Origin: an uncultured Candidatus Rokubacteria bacterium | GTDB taxonomy: Bacteria > Methylomirabilota > Methylomirabilia > Rokubacteriales > CSP1-6 | DNA length: 64,000 nucleotides | Direction: 5' to 3' | Assembly: GCA_963789955.1 (NCBI GenBank) | Contig: CAWBMV010000001.1 | Span: 256,001-320,000, forward strand | Shown: in pieces, positions 40,923 to 49,863 of the stretch | Layout: each line of letters begins with the position of its first letter | How positions within the stretch are numbered: position 1 is the first letter of the stretch | The notes under the pieces: model-generated | What the model was told of the DNA's origin: nothing | Seen by the model: only the letters and a program-made list of their open reading frames with translations | The model's database searches: none | Translations under genes and position numbers: made by a program

Positions 40923-43304
40923 TCAGCTCACCAGGCTGAGGCTGTCGTTCCTCGGCAGGAGCAGCCGAAAGGCCGATCCGCGATCCCCGTTGTTGCCGGC
41001 CCGGAGCTGACCGCCGTGCGCGGTGGCGATCGACCGGCAGATGGTGAGCCCGAGCCCCAGGCCCTGCTGCTTGGTGGTGACGAACGGCTCGAAGAGCTGA
41101 TCGAGGATGTCGGGCCGGATGCCGCTGCCGTTGTCGAGCACCGCGATCCCGACCGTCTCGTGATCGACGACGCTCGTCTCGATCACGAGCGCGCGATCGT
41201 TCGGCTCGTTGCCGATCATCGCCTCGCACCCGTTGACGATCAGGTTCAACAGCACCTGCTGCACCTGGACGCTGTCCCCCCGCACCTGCGGTAGATCGGG
41301 AGCGAGCTTCGTCGTCACCTGCACGTGCCGGGTGAGGATGTCGCTCCGGGCGAAATCGAGCACGTCGCGCGTGATCTCGTTGAGGTCGAGCAGTTGCCGG
41401 TTCGACTCTCCGCGCTTGAACATCGCGCGCAGGCGCCGGATGACCTCGCCGGCGCGCCGGTCTGCGCTCGCGATGTCTGCCAGGATCTCGTCGATCTCGT
41501 GCAGGTCGACGGGCTCCCGCGCGAGCAGGCGCCGAGCGGCCTGGGCGTTGCTCAGAATCGCGGTCAGCGGCTGGCTCAGCTCGTGGGCCAGCGCGCCGGA
41601 GAGCTCGCCGAGGACCGCGACGCGGCCCAGATGCGTCAGGAGCTGGCGCTGCTCCTGCGCCTCACGCTGGGCGCGCTGGCGCTCGGTGATGTCCCGGATC
41701 GTCGTGATGAAGCACGCGTGACCGCTCATCTCGACGGTCTCGGTCGCGATGATCGCCTCGCGCAGCTCGCCCGTCAGCGTGAGGAACTGGGCCTCGACGT
41801 CGCGCACGGGGCCCGGCGCCTCGACCAGACGTCGCAAGATGGCCTGGTCGTGAAGGCCGGCGGCGAGCGGTAGCTCGGTCATCGTGCGCCCGACCACGGC
41901 CGCCCGGGCGTAGCCGAAGAGCGTCTCCCAGCGATCGTTGACGTCGATGATCTGGCCGCCCTTCTGGCGGCTGATGAGCATCGCGTCCGGGCTCGAGCGG
42001 AAGGCGCGCGCGAAGAGCTCCTCGGACGCGCGCACGGCTTCGTCGGCCCGCTTGCGGTCGGTGATGTCGACGTTGACGCCGAGAAGCCGCACCGGATGGA
42101 CGTGCTCGTCGCGCAGGACCTCGCCCTTGCCCATCACCCAGCGGACATTGCCGTCGGTATGCACCACGCGGAACTCGACGTCCCAGGGCGCGGCCTTCTC
42201 GATCGCGGCGGAAATGGCCTCGGCGACCACCAGCTGATCGTCGGGATGCACCGCGCGGAGCATGGCGCCGAACGGCGCGGGGCTCGACTCGCGCGGCCAG
42301 TTCCTGTCGCCCGGCGGCAGGGTCCAGTCCCAGATCGTCATGCGCGCGGCGTTGAGCGCCAGCTTCAAGCTTTCGGCGCTGAAGACGGCCGCGCGCTCGG
42401 CCCGACTGCGCTCCTCGATGACCGCGCTGAGCAACAGAAGCGGAATCGAGGCGAGGATGAGACACAGCTGGATCGACAGCGCGCTGTCGCTCGGCGAGCT
42501 CGCGACGAAGGGGCCGACCAGGTTGATCGCGCCGCGGGTCTCCAGCAACGCGACGACGAGCGTCGCGGTGCTGGTGCCGATCGACCCCAGGCGCACGGTG
42601 GCCCAGACCAGGAAGGGCAGGGGCGCGTAGAGCAACGCGTGGATGCCACCCAGTCCGGAGTCGCGCCACACGAAGACCGCGACGCTGACGCCGAGGAGGC
42701 TGACGATCAGGCCGATGACTTCGGCCAGGGAGCGCCCGGACACTTTCCGGAGGTTACGCACGTCGACCTGCGACCACGCGATGATCGCGGGAACCACGGT
42801 CAGCTCCGCCAGCACGTTCGAGAAGAAGCGCGATCGCCAGAGCTGCCAGAAGGGACCCTGGCCCCAGCCCCCGACGATTTCCACGAAGCCGACGTCGAGA
42901 AAACTCGACACGAACACGCCGACGATTGAGCCGAAGACGAACACTCCGACGTGGCGGGAATCGTCGAATCGCAGCGTGTTCCCCGCGAGGTGGCGAATGC
43001 ACGTCGCCCCGACCAGCGCCTGCGAGCAATTGCTGATGAACCAGAGCAGGATCATCGTCACGGGGATGTGGTTCGCGAGCTGGATGGCGAGATGCGCGGG
43101 GAACGCCGCCAGGAGCAGCATCGCCCAGGACCGCGTCGGGGCCAGCAGCAGGGCAGCCAGCAAGATCGAGTTGGGCGGCCAGAGCGTCGATATGGGAGGG
43201 TCGATCGTGAACGCGAAGCCGACCAGCGCGCCGACGAAGTACCCGACGCACACGAGCGCCGCTGCCGGCAACATCGACGCTCGGTCCGTCGAGTTTCTGC
43301 TCAT
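40923..43304 (-). CDS. MASE1-PAS-PAS sensor histidine kinase (FixL/NodV-like)
   Basis: MASE1 (LWPPNSILLAALL, many TM segments), PAS/PAC, ALAHELSQPL, QQVLLNLIVN and GLGLGLTICRSI. Confidence 0.93.
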   Translation of the reverse strand: MSRNSTDRASMLPAAALVCVGYFVGALVGFAFTIDPPISTLWPPNSILLAALLLAPTRSWAMLLLAAFPAHLAIQLANHIPVTMILLWFISNCSQALVGATCIRHLAGNTLRFDDSRHVGVFVFGSIVGVFVSSFLDVGFVEIVGGWGQGPFWQLWRSRFFSNVLAELTVVPAIIAWSQVDVRNLRKVSGRSLAEVIGLIVSLLGVSVAVFVWRDSGLGGIHALLYAPLPFLVWATVRLGSIGTSTATLVVALLETRGAINLVGPFVASSPSDSALSIQLCLILASIPLLLLSAVIEERSRAERAAVFSAESLKLALNAARMTIWDWTLPPGDRNWPRESSPAPFGAMLRAVHPDDQLVVAEAISAAIEKAAPWDVEFRVVHTDGNVRWVMGKGEVLRDEHVHPVRLLGVNVDITDRKRADEAVRASEELFARAFRSSPDAMLISRQKGGQIIDVNDRWETLFGYARAAVVGRTMTELPLAAGLHDQAILRRLVEAPGPVRDVEAQFLTLTGELREAIIATETVEMSGHACFITTIRDITERQRAQREAQEQRQLLTHLGRVAVLGELSGALAHELSQPLTAILSNAQAARRLLAREPVDLHEIDEILADIASADRRAGEVIRRLRAMFKRGESNRQLLDLNEITRDVLDFARSDILTRHVQVTTKLAPDLPQVRGDSVQVQQVLLNLIVNGCEAMIGNEPNDRALVIETSVVDHETVGIAVLDNGSGIRPDILDQLFEPFVTTKQQGLGLGLTICRSIATAHGGQLRAGNNGDRGSAFRLLLPRNDSLSLVS

Positions 43305-43311
43305 TCCGCTC

Positions 43312-43737
43312 TCAAGATTGTGGCCGGAGCCGCACGATGTACGGACGCCCGTCGGCCGCGGTGCCGTTCACTTGCAAGAGACGCGGCGGCTGCCCGGTCT
43401 GGGTGAACAGTGTAGCGGTCCCCCGGCCGCCGCGCTCGCCCCGGATCAGGAGCTTGCCGTCGGACACAGACACGGTTCCCTTGACGTCCATGACCCCGAT
43501 CGTGCGCGCCGAGGCAGCCTGGTAGGTGCCATCGCCGGCGATCGTCACCTCGACGTAGTCCTCCCGGTCTCGCGAGCCCGATATCTCGAGCAGTCCGACC
43601 CACTTGCCCGTGATGCTCGCCACATCGCTGATCGCGATCGGCCCGCCCGCTGTCGCCGACCCGCTACTCACGCAGCCGGCGAGCCCGAGCACGACCGCGA
43701 GCCCCAGCGCGCAGATGCCTGATGTGTCACAACGCAT
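43312..43737 (-). CDS. Hypothetical lipoprotein
   Basis: Lipobox LAGC; beta-rich ITGKWVG; SD GGGAGG. Confidence 0.75.
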   Translation of the reverse strand: MRCDTSGICALGLAVVLGLAGCVSSGSATAGGPIAISDVASITGKWVGLLEISGSRDREDYVEVTIAGDGTYQAASARTIGVMDVKGTVSVSDGKLLIRGERGGRGTATLFTQTGQPPRLLQVNGTAADGRPYIVRLRPQS

Positions 43738-43967
43738 CGGTTCCTCCCGCGAGGGTTCATCTGGCTGAAAGCGTGATGAGTTTACCGCGTCGCGAGCGGG
43801 TCGAGGCGCGGGATCTGGACGCTGACATTCAGCATGGCTCTTGTGGTAGCCTTCCCGTGTCGTGGGTCGTGAGCGTATCCGACCAACGTCCCATTGAGTC
43901 GGCTTGCCAGGGCGTATAGGTGTAGCAGAACCATTGCAGTAGGCAGAAGAGGAGCGGAGGGCTAACC

Positions 43968-44545
43968 GTGCGCACGTTCATTGACCGTTCAATTCTCGCT
44001 TCACTGATCGTCGGGCTCCTTTTCGTGTCGGCCTGCGCGAAGCGCCCGGTGGCAGCCCCGAATCCGGTGGCGGCCCCCGCGCCCGCGCCGGCCCCGCCGC
44101 CGCCGGCGCCCGCGCCGGCCCCCGTCGCGCCGGCCCCGCCGCCGCCGGTCGTCGCCGCGCCGCCGCCGCCCGCGCCGCGTCCGGCGCCGCCGAAGGAGTA
44201 CATGGCGAACGACAATCTGAAGCCGATCCACTTCGATTTCGACAAGGCGAACATTCGTCCGGCGGACGCGAAGATCCTCGACGCCAGCGCCAAGTGGCTC
44301 GCCGCCAACCCGAATCAAATCCTCTTGATCGAGGGGCACACCGACGAGCGTGGCACCGAGCAGTACAACCTCGCGCTCGGCGATCGGCGCGCGAAGGCCG
44401 CGATGAACTATCTGGTCGCGCAGGGCGTCCAGGGCGACCGGGTGACGCATCTCGTTCGGCGAGGAACGCCCGCTGTGCAAGGAAAACAACGAAGGGTGCT
44501 GGTCTCAGAACCGTCGAGACATGTTCCTGGTCAAAGACAAAGTAA
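43968..44545 (+). CDS. pal: Peptidoglycan-associated lipoprotein (Pal/OmpA family) with a Pro-rich linker (frameshift near 44450)
   Basis: Lipobox VSAC, IHFDFDK, IEGHTDERGTEQYNLALGDRRA, and in a shifted frame FGEERP..C..CWSQNRR. Confidence 0.88.
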
Positions 44546-44551
44546 GCGGCA

Positions 44552-44595
44552 TCACCCGCGGAAACGCGCGAAGACTCGCGCGTTTCCGCGGGTGA
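44552..44595. terminator. Perfect 20-bp stem-loop between convergent genes
   Basis: tcacccgcggaaacgcgcga-agac-tcgcgcgtttccgcgggtga, 6 nt after the pal stop; no clear U-tract. Confidence 0.7.
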
Positions 44596-44657
44596 CAGAC
44601 CCGTCCCCGCTCTCGCTTTCTGCTTCGATTGGAGCGTGTCGACCGCCCGGCGCGCGG

Positions 44658-45086
44658 TCAGTGGCTGTCGAGCGCGCGCCGGATGCCTGCGAGCAACGAC
44701 TCGTCGTTGAAGGGCTTGCGGAGGTAGTCGATGGCGCCGGCGCGGCGCGCACGCTCGCGCGTGGCCGCGTCGTCGTGGGCGGTAATGAAGACCACCGGGA
44801 TTCGTCGCCCCGAGGCGAGAAGCTGCTCCTGGAGGTCGAGCCCGCTGAGCCCGCCGAGGTGCACGTCGAGCACGAGACAGGCGGGCGTCGCCTTCGCCGA
44901 CTCCAGGAAATCCTCGGCCGACGAGAACGTGCACACGCGAAAGCCGCCCGCGACGAGCAAGCGGCGAAGGGCACGCAGGAGCGAGGCGTCGTCGTCGATC
45001 ACGTACACGAGGGGTGACGGCGATGCGGTCGGGCTCAGTCGGCCCGCGTGTTGTTCTCGGGTATCCGGACAATCAACTTGAGCCAC
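44658..45086 (-). CDS. Single-domain response regulator (receiver only; start uncertain)
   Basis: VYVIDDDAS, CLVLDVHLG, FITAHDD and YLRKPF. Confidence 0.88.
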   Translation of the reverse strand: MAQVDCPDTREQHAGRLSPTASPSPLVYVIDDDASLLRALRRLLVAGGFRVCTFSSAEDFLESAKATPACLVLDVHLGGLSGLDLQEQLLASGRRIPVVFITAHDDAATRERARRAGAIDYLRKPFNDESLLAGIRRALDSH

Positions 45087-45161
45087 GTTGGTGGCTACTA
45101 TCGCCGGGCGCCCCTCTTCGCGCCAATGCGTTATTGGTCCCATACGGGCGGGCCGATCGGC

Positions 45162-48100
45162 TCAGCGAATCGGCGTGCCGTTCTGCGGGACGACGCTTTC
45201 CTCGCACGGGAGCTCGACGTGGAGTGTGAGACCGCGATCGGGGTTGGCGATGGCGCGGATCTGTCCCCCGTGCGCCTCGACGATCGATCGGCTGATGGCG
45301 AGACCCATCCCGAGGCCCCCCGGCTTCGTGCTCACGAACCGCTCGAACATCCTCGCGAGATCGGACCCCTTCGCGCCGGTGCCGCTGTCGCGTACCGCGA
45401 CCTCGACCCGACCCGGCGTCCGGTACCGGGTCGTGATCGTGACCTCGCGCTTGCCGCCGTCGGTCAGCGCGATCGCCTCGCTCGCGTTGACGAGCAGGTT
45501 CAGGACGACCTGCTGGAGCTGGACCGGATCGCCCGAGACCGTCGGCACGACCGGATCGAAGGCGCGGAGGACCATGATCTGCTTGCGCACGAAGTCGTGG
45601 CGGAGCAGGCTCACGACGTCGTCGATCAGAACGTTGAGATCGAGGCCCGCCTGCGGGGCGTGCTCCTTGCGTGACAGGGCGCGGAGACGCTGGATGATCG
45701 CCGAGGCCCTCCGGGCGTCGGCCGCTATGTCGGTCAGGGCTTCGGACACGTCGGTGTGCGCGACGCCCTGCCGATTGAGCAGGCGAACCGCCGCCTGGGC
45801 GTTGGTCACGATGGCGGCCAGCGGCTGATTGATCTCGTGGGCGAGCGAAGCGCTCAGCTCGCCGAGCGTGGTGACGCGCTGCGCATGCGCGAGCTCCTCC
45901 CGCTGTCGTCGGGCCTCCTCCTCAGCAAGGTGTCTTCGGGTGATGTCGATGTAGGAGATGACGGCCCCGCCCTCGGGGCGCCGGAAGGGCTCGACGGCCA
46001 TCTCGAACCAGCGCTCACCGTCCCGCGAGCGGCAGGCGTACTCGAACACGTGGTCCTTGTCGCCCTTGAGCACCGCGGTGACGGCCTCGTACGCGCGGAA
46101 CGCATCCGCGTCGCCGGCGGCGGCGGTCTCGCGCCAGACCTCGAGACAGTTGGCGCCAACCGCGAGGCCGCGGGTCGGGTCAGGGCTGTTCTCGGCGAAC
46201 CGCGTCCACGAGTGGTTGACGGCGATGATGACCCCGTCGGAGTCGATCGCCGCGACCTGCCCGTACAGCGAGCCGAAGATGGCGCTCCGGAGCGCGTTGC
46301 TCTCGAGGACCGCCTGGAGCGCGGTGTTCAGCGCGGTGATATCGATGACCGACCCGACATACCCGACGAAGACGCCGTCCTCGTCGATCCGGGGGACCCC
46401 GTGATCGAGAATCCACCGGTCCTCGCCGTCCAGCCGCCGCAACCGGTAGTCGATCGTGAAGGACCGCCGCTCGGCGACCGCCTGCTCGTACGTCTCGTGG
46501 AGGGCCTTGTGGTCGTCGGGGTTCACGCTGTCTATCCAGCTGTCGGCCAGATCTTCGTCGGCGCTCCGGCCCGTCAGGTCGAGCCAGCGCCGATTGAAGT
46601 ACGTGCGCCGGCCAGCCGGATCGGACATCCAGATCATCAGCGGCGCCGTCTCGGCCAGCAGCCGGAACCGGTCCTCGCTCTCGCGCGCCGCGCTCGCGGC
46701 CTTGTGCCGGGCGAGCGCATTGGCGAAGATCTCGGCCAGCAGCCGCAGCCGCTGTGCCAGCTCGTCGGACCACTCGCGCTCCTCTGAGATCGAGCTGAAC
46801 GCGAGCGCGCCGCCGACGACGCCGTCGATGATGAGCGGCACCGCCACGAGCGACCGGGTGCCCATCGCGATGAGACTGGCTCGGTCAGTCTCGGCCTCGG
46901 CGGGAAGGTCGTCGACCCGCCCCAGGGCCACAATGTGGCCCGCCTGCACGCGTGACCCCACCCACGGGTACGCTCGCTTGACGACCGGTCTTGGAAGAGC
47001 GTTGACCCCTGAGCGCGTCCACGAATGCGTGACTTCCATCTCGTCGGGGCGCCGGTTATCGCGCTCGACGAGGACCGCGCGGTCCAGGCGCAGCTCATCC
47101 ACGATGCGCTCGAGTGCTTTCTCGATCTGTCCGGGCGCGTCGCGCGCGGGCAAGGTGATGAAGGCGGCCGAAAGCTCGGAGACGAGCGTCTCGAAGCGCA
47201 GGCGCTCGGCGAGGGCTCGCTGGGCCCGCCGCCGCTGCCGCCGGTTCACCAGCAAGCCGACGATGAGGGCGCCCTGGAGCGCCACCACGGCCACCCCGCC
47301 CAGCACGGGCCACTTGTAGAGCTCCCACGGCGCCGGCTGCCGGAAGCGCACCTCGCTCCCGGCCGGCAGGCGCGTCTCGTCGAGTCCCCACCGCCGGAGC
47401 TGCCGCCAGTCGAACACGTACGTGTTCGCCGCACCATCGAGAGGACCGGGCCGGGCGCCATTGAGTACGCTGGCGGCGAGGTCGCCGGCCCGTGCGCCTT
47501 GCGTGGTGAAGCTCACGACGTGACCGCCGACGATCCCAGCGCCGACATACGTGTCGCCCGGTCCGTACACCGGGACACTTGAGCGCGCGGCGACGCGCCG
47601 GACGACTTCTGCTGCGATAAGATTCTGGCCGGTCGAATCGCGGGTGAACGCGCCGAACAGCACGATCGTGCCCTGCGAGAGCGCGGCCACGCGCTGCAGG
47701 ACCTGGTCGACCGCGAGATCGGTCACGTACTCGATGGCCACCCCCCTATAGCGGTCGACGTCGAGCTGACGGCGGGCGGCCGCCTGCCACACCCGGTCGA
47801 TCGCGGAGGTTCCCGTGATCACGACCACGCGGCGTGTGCCGGGCTGAAGACGAAGCGCGGCCTCGAGGGTCCCCGCCCAATCGGTGTTCAGCCAGATGCC
47901 GGTGACATCGTCGTCGAGCTTGAGATCGCCGAGGGCAGCGCGGTCGACGCTGCTGAACACGATGGGGGCGCCCGGAAAGAGATCGGCGCGATTCTGGACC
48001 GCGAACCGCACCGCGCGACTGGAGAACGCGGCGACCAGGTCGAGCTTGACGCCGACATACTTGTGCTTCAGCAGCGCGCGGAGCTCGGGCCGCGGCTCGT

Positions 48101-48395
48101 CACCGCGGAACAGCGTGAGATCGAGATACTCGGTGTAGAAGAACACGGGCGCCGACAGCCGCGACGACAGGGTCGATCGAAACGCCTCGTCGATCGCGAT
48201 CTGGGCGGGTGTCAGCCGCGGGGACGCAAACAGCAACAGCACGTTATAGGAGGCGCGACTGGCCGGCGGCGGATCGGCGGTCGCCGTCGGCGGCGTCACC
48301 AGCAGGGCGAGCAGCAGTGCCGCCGACGCGAGTGCGGCGCGGGGGACTCCGCGGGAGGACCGTCCTGACCAGGAGCAATTGGACGAGCGATTCAT
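45162..48395 (-). CDS. Sensor histidine kinase with a periplasmic ABC-substrate-binding-like domain, GAF and PAS domains
   Basis: Signal/TM, YTEYLD...GIVGGHV periplasmic domain, TM, GAF, PAS (APLMIWMS), SLAHEINQPL, QQVVLNLLVNA and GMGLAISRSI. Confidence 0.93.
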   Translation of the reverse strand: MNRSSNCSWSGRSSRGVPRAALASAALLLALLVTPPTATADPPPASRASYNVLLLFASPRLTPAQIAIDEAFRSTLSSRLSAPVFFYTEYLDLTLFRGDEPRPELRALLKHKYVGVKLDLVAAFSSRAVRFAVQNRADLFPGAPIVFSSVDRAALGDLKLDDDVTGIWLNTDWAGTLEAALRLQPGTRRVVVITGTSAIDRVWQAAARRQLDVDRYRGVAIEYVTDLAVDQVLQRVAALSQGTIVLFGAFTRDSTGQNLIAAEVVRRVAARSSVPVYGPGDTYVGAGIVGGHVVSFTTQGARAGDLAASVLNGARPGPLDGAANTYVFDWRQLRRWGLDETRLPAGSEVRFRQPAPWELYKWPVLGGVAVVALQGALIVGLLVNRRQRRRAQRALAERLRFETLVSELSAAFITLPARDAPGQIEKALERIVDELRLDRAVLVERDNRRPDEMEVTHSWTRSGVNALPRPVVKRAYPWVGSRVQAGHIVALGRVDDLPAEAETDRASLIAMGTRSLVAVPLIIDGVVGGALAFSSISEEREWSDELAQRLRLLAEIFANALARHKAASAARESEDRFRLLAETAPLMIWMSDPAGRRTYFNRRWLDLTGRSADEDLADSWIDSVNPDDHKALHETYEQAVAERRSFTIDYRLRRLDGEDRWILDHGVPRIDEDGVFVGYVGSVIDITALNTALQAVLESNALRSAIFGSLYGQVAAIDSDGVIIAVNHSWTRFAENSPDPTRGLAVGANCLEVWRETAAAGDADAFRAYEAVTAVLKGDKDHVFEYACRSRDGERWFEMAVEPFRRPEGGAVISYIDITRRHLAEEEARRQREELAHAQRVTTLGELSASLAHEINQPLAAIVTNAQAAVRLLNRQGVAHTDVSEALTDIAADARRASAIIQRLRALSRKEHAPQAGLDLNVLIDDVVSLLRHDFVRKQIMVLRAFDPVVPTVSGDPVQLQQVVLNLLVNASEAIALTDGGKREVTITTRYRTPGRVEVAVRDSGTGAKGSDLARMFERFVSTKPGGLGMGLAISRSIVEAHGGQIRAIANPDRGLTLHVELPCEESVVPQNGTPIR

Positions 48396-48587
48396 CTCGC
48401 TCCTCTGCCGTCCACGGGTCACCGCAGTGGCCCGTCGACCCGGACGAAGCTCGTCACGTTCGACCGGAGCCGGTTCGGATCGGAGCCCGTATGGTACACG
48501 ACCTCGGCCGGCTGCGCTCCGCGACTGACTCGATCCGGCCGCCAGGCTCTCGAAGCACCGGCTGGCGAGGGTGCGTGCGCAGCCGCC

Positions 48588-48959
48588 CTACCTCGAGCGG
48601 CGGAGGCTGACGGGAAGGCCGGCGAAGACCTGGCCGCTCATCGTGTCTTGTTTGACCGTGAGCTCACCGAGCGCCACGCGCTCCAAGGATAGGATCAGCA
48701 GCTCGCCCTCGATCGACCCCGTGACGCCCCCGGTCAGCCCAGACCGACCCCCCACGCTCATGTCGCCGGTCACGGTCGTCCCGGTTTGCGTCAGGGTCAT
48801 CGTGACGGGCATGAACGTTTCTCCAGTCCTGGCGCTTCCCGTCCACACGCCGGACACGTTGGCCGTCGGCGCATTGGCCGCCGGCCTCTGTGCTTGCGGC
48901 GCGGTCCCGCAACCAGCCAGGACACCGCACAGCGCCAGGAACACGAACGTGAGCCTCAT
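48588..48959 (-). CDS. Hypothetical lipoprotein
   Basis: Lipobox LAGC; NVSGVWTG...MTLTQTGTTVTG beta-rich pattern. Confidence 0.75.
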   Translation of the reverse strand: MRLTFVFLALCGVLAGCGTAPQAQRPAANAPTANVSGVWTGSARTGETFMPVTMTLTQTGTTVTGDMSVGGRSGLTGGVTGSIEGELLILSLERVALGELTVKQDTMSGQVFAGLPVSLRRSR

Positions 48960-49031
48960 GGGCACGCCTCCATCCCCAGGTAACAGGTCGGGGGGCCGGC
49001 GTCCTACTGGACCTTCGTCGCAGCGCGCCGG

Positions 49032-49558
49032 CTAGTTCAGCTTCTCGATGTCCGGCAGCATCCCTCCTCGGCGTTCAGGTGGTAGAGGTTCCCGAAGAAC
49101 TCGTCGAACCCATGGTTGGTCGGCAGGAACTCGTTCCGGTCCCCGAGGTGGTTCTTGCCGAACTGACCGGTGGCATAGCCCATGGGCTTCAGCGCCTGAG
49201 CGATCGTGATGTCGCGGGGCTGGAGTCCGACGGGAGCACAGGGGATGCCCACCTTCGACAGACCGGTCCGCTTGGGCGTCTGACCGGTGATGAAGGACGA
49301 GCGGCCGGCGGTGCAGCTGTTCTCGGCGTAGTAGTCGGTGAACATCACGCCTTCCCGCGCGATGCGGTCGATGTTCGGCGTCTTGTAGCCCACCACGCCG
49401 TGGGCGTAGGCGCTGATGTTGGTCTGCCCGACGTCGTCGCCGAAGATCACGAGGATGTTCGGCTTCTTCTGCGCCACCGCGGGGGACGCGACGCTGGCGA
49501 GCGCCAATGCGACGATCGCCGGAACAATGGTCCTGGTCAGGAGGGCCCGCTTTCTCAT
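49032..49558 (-). pseudogene. Truncated arylsulfatase (about 165 N-terminal aa, then apparent internal deletion)
   Basis: [39 protein letters not shown] (formylglycine Cys motif), GKNHLGD and [16 protein letters not shown], then an abrupt end. Confidence 0.8.
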
Positions 49559-49863
49559 TCCGTTTCTCCTCAGTGTCCTCGACACCGCGAACGAAGCACT
49601 CGAACGCAAAGATCCTCTTCCAGCCACGACCCTTCGCCTCGTGGACGAGGCCCATGAACCGCCGCCTTCGCCGGCTGCCGTCCACTGGAGCATCTGCTGG
49701 TCGAGATGAACCGACTACTAGACCTTTGGTCTATGAAATGTATGGACCGATGCCGCGCCGATGGCATCGGTCGAATCGTCAAGTCCGCTTGCTTCGGCGC
49801 CGTCGCGACCGTACAGTGCGGTCGGACTGAGCCGGCCTCGTGAGAAGCAACAATTCGAACCGC

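Noticed and set aside
44070..44195. Low-complexity CCG/GCG repeats
   Set aside because: They simply encode the Pro/Ala linker of Pal.
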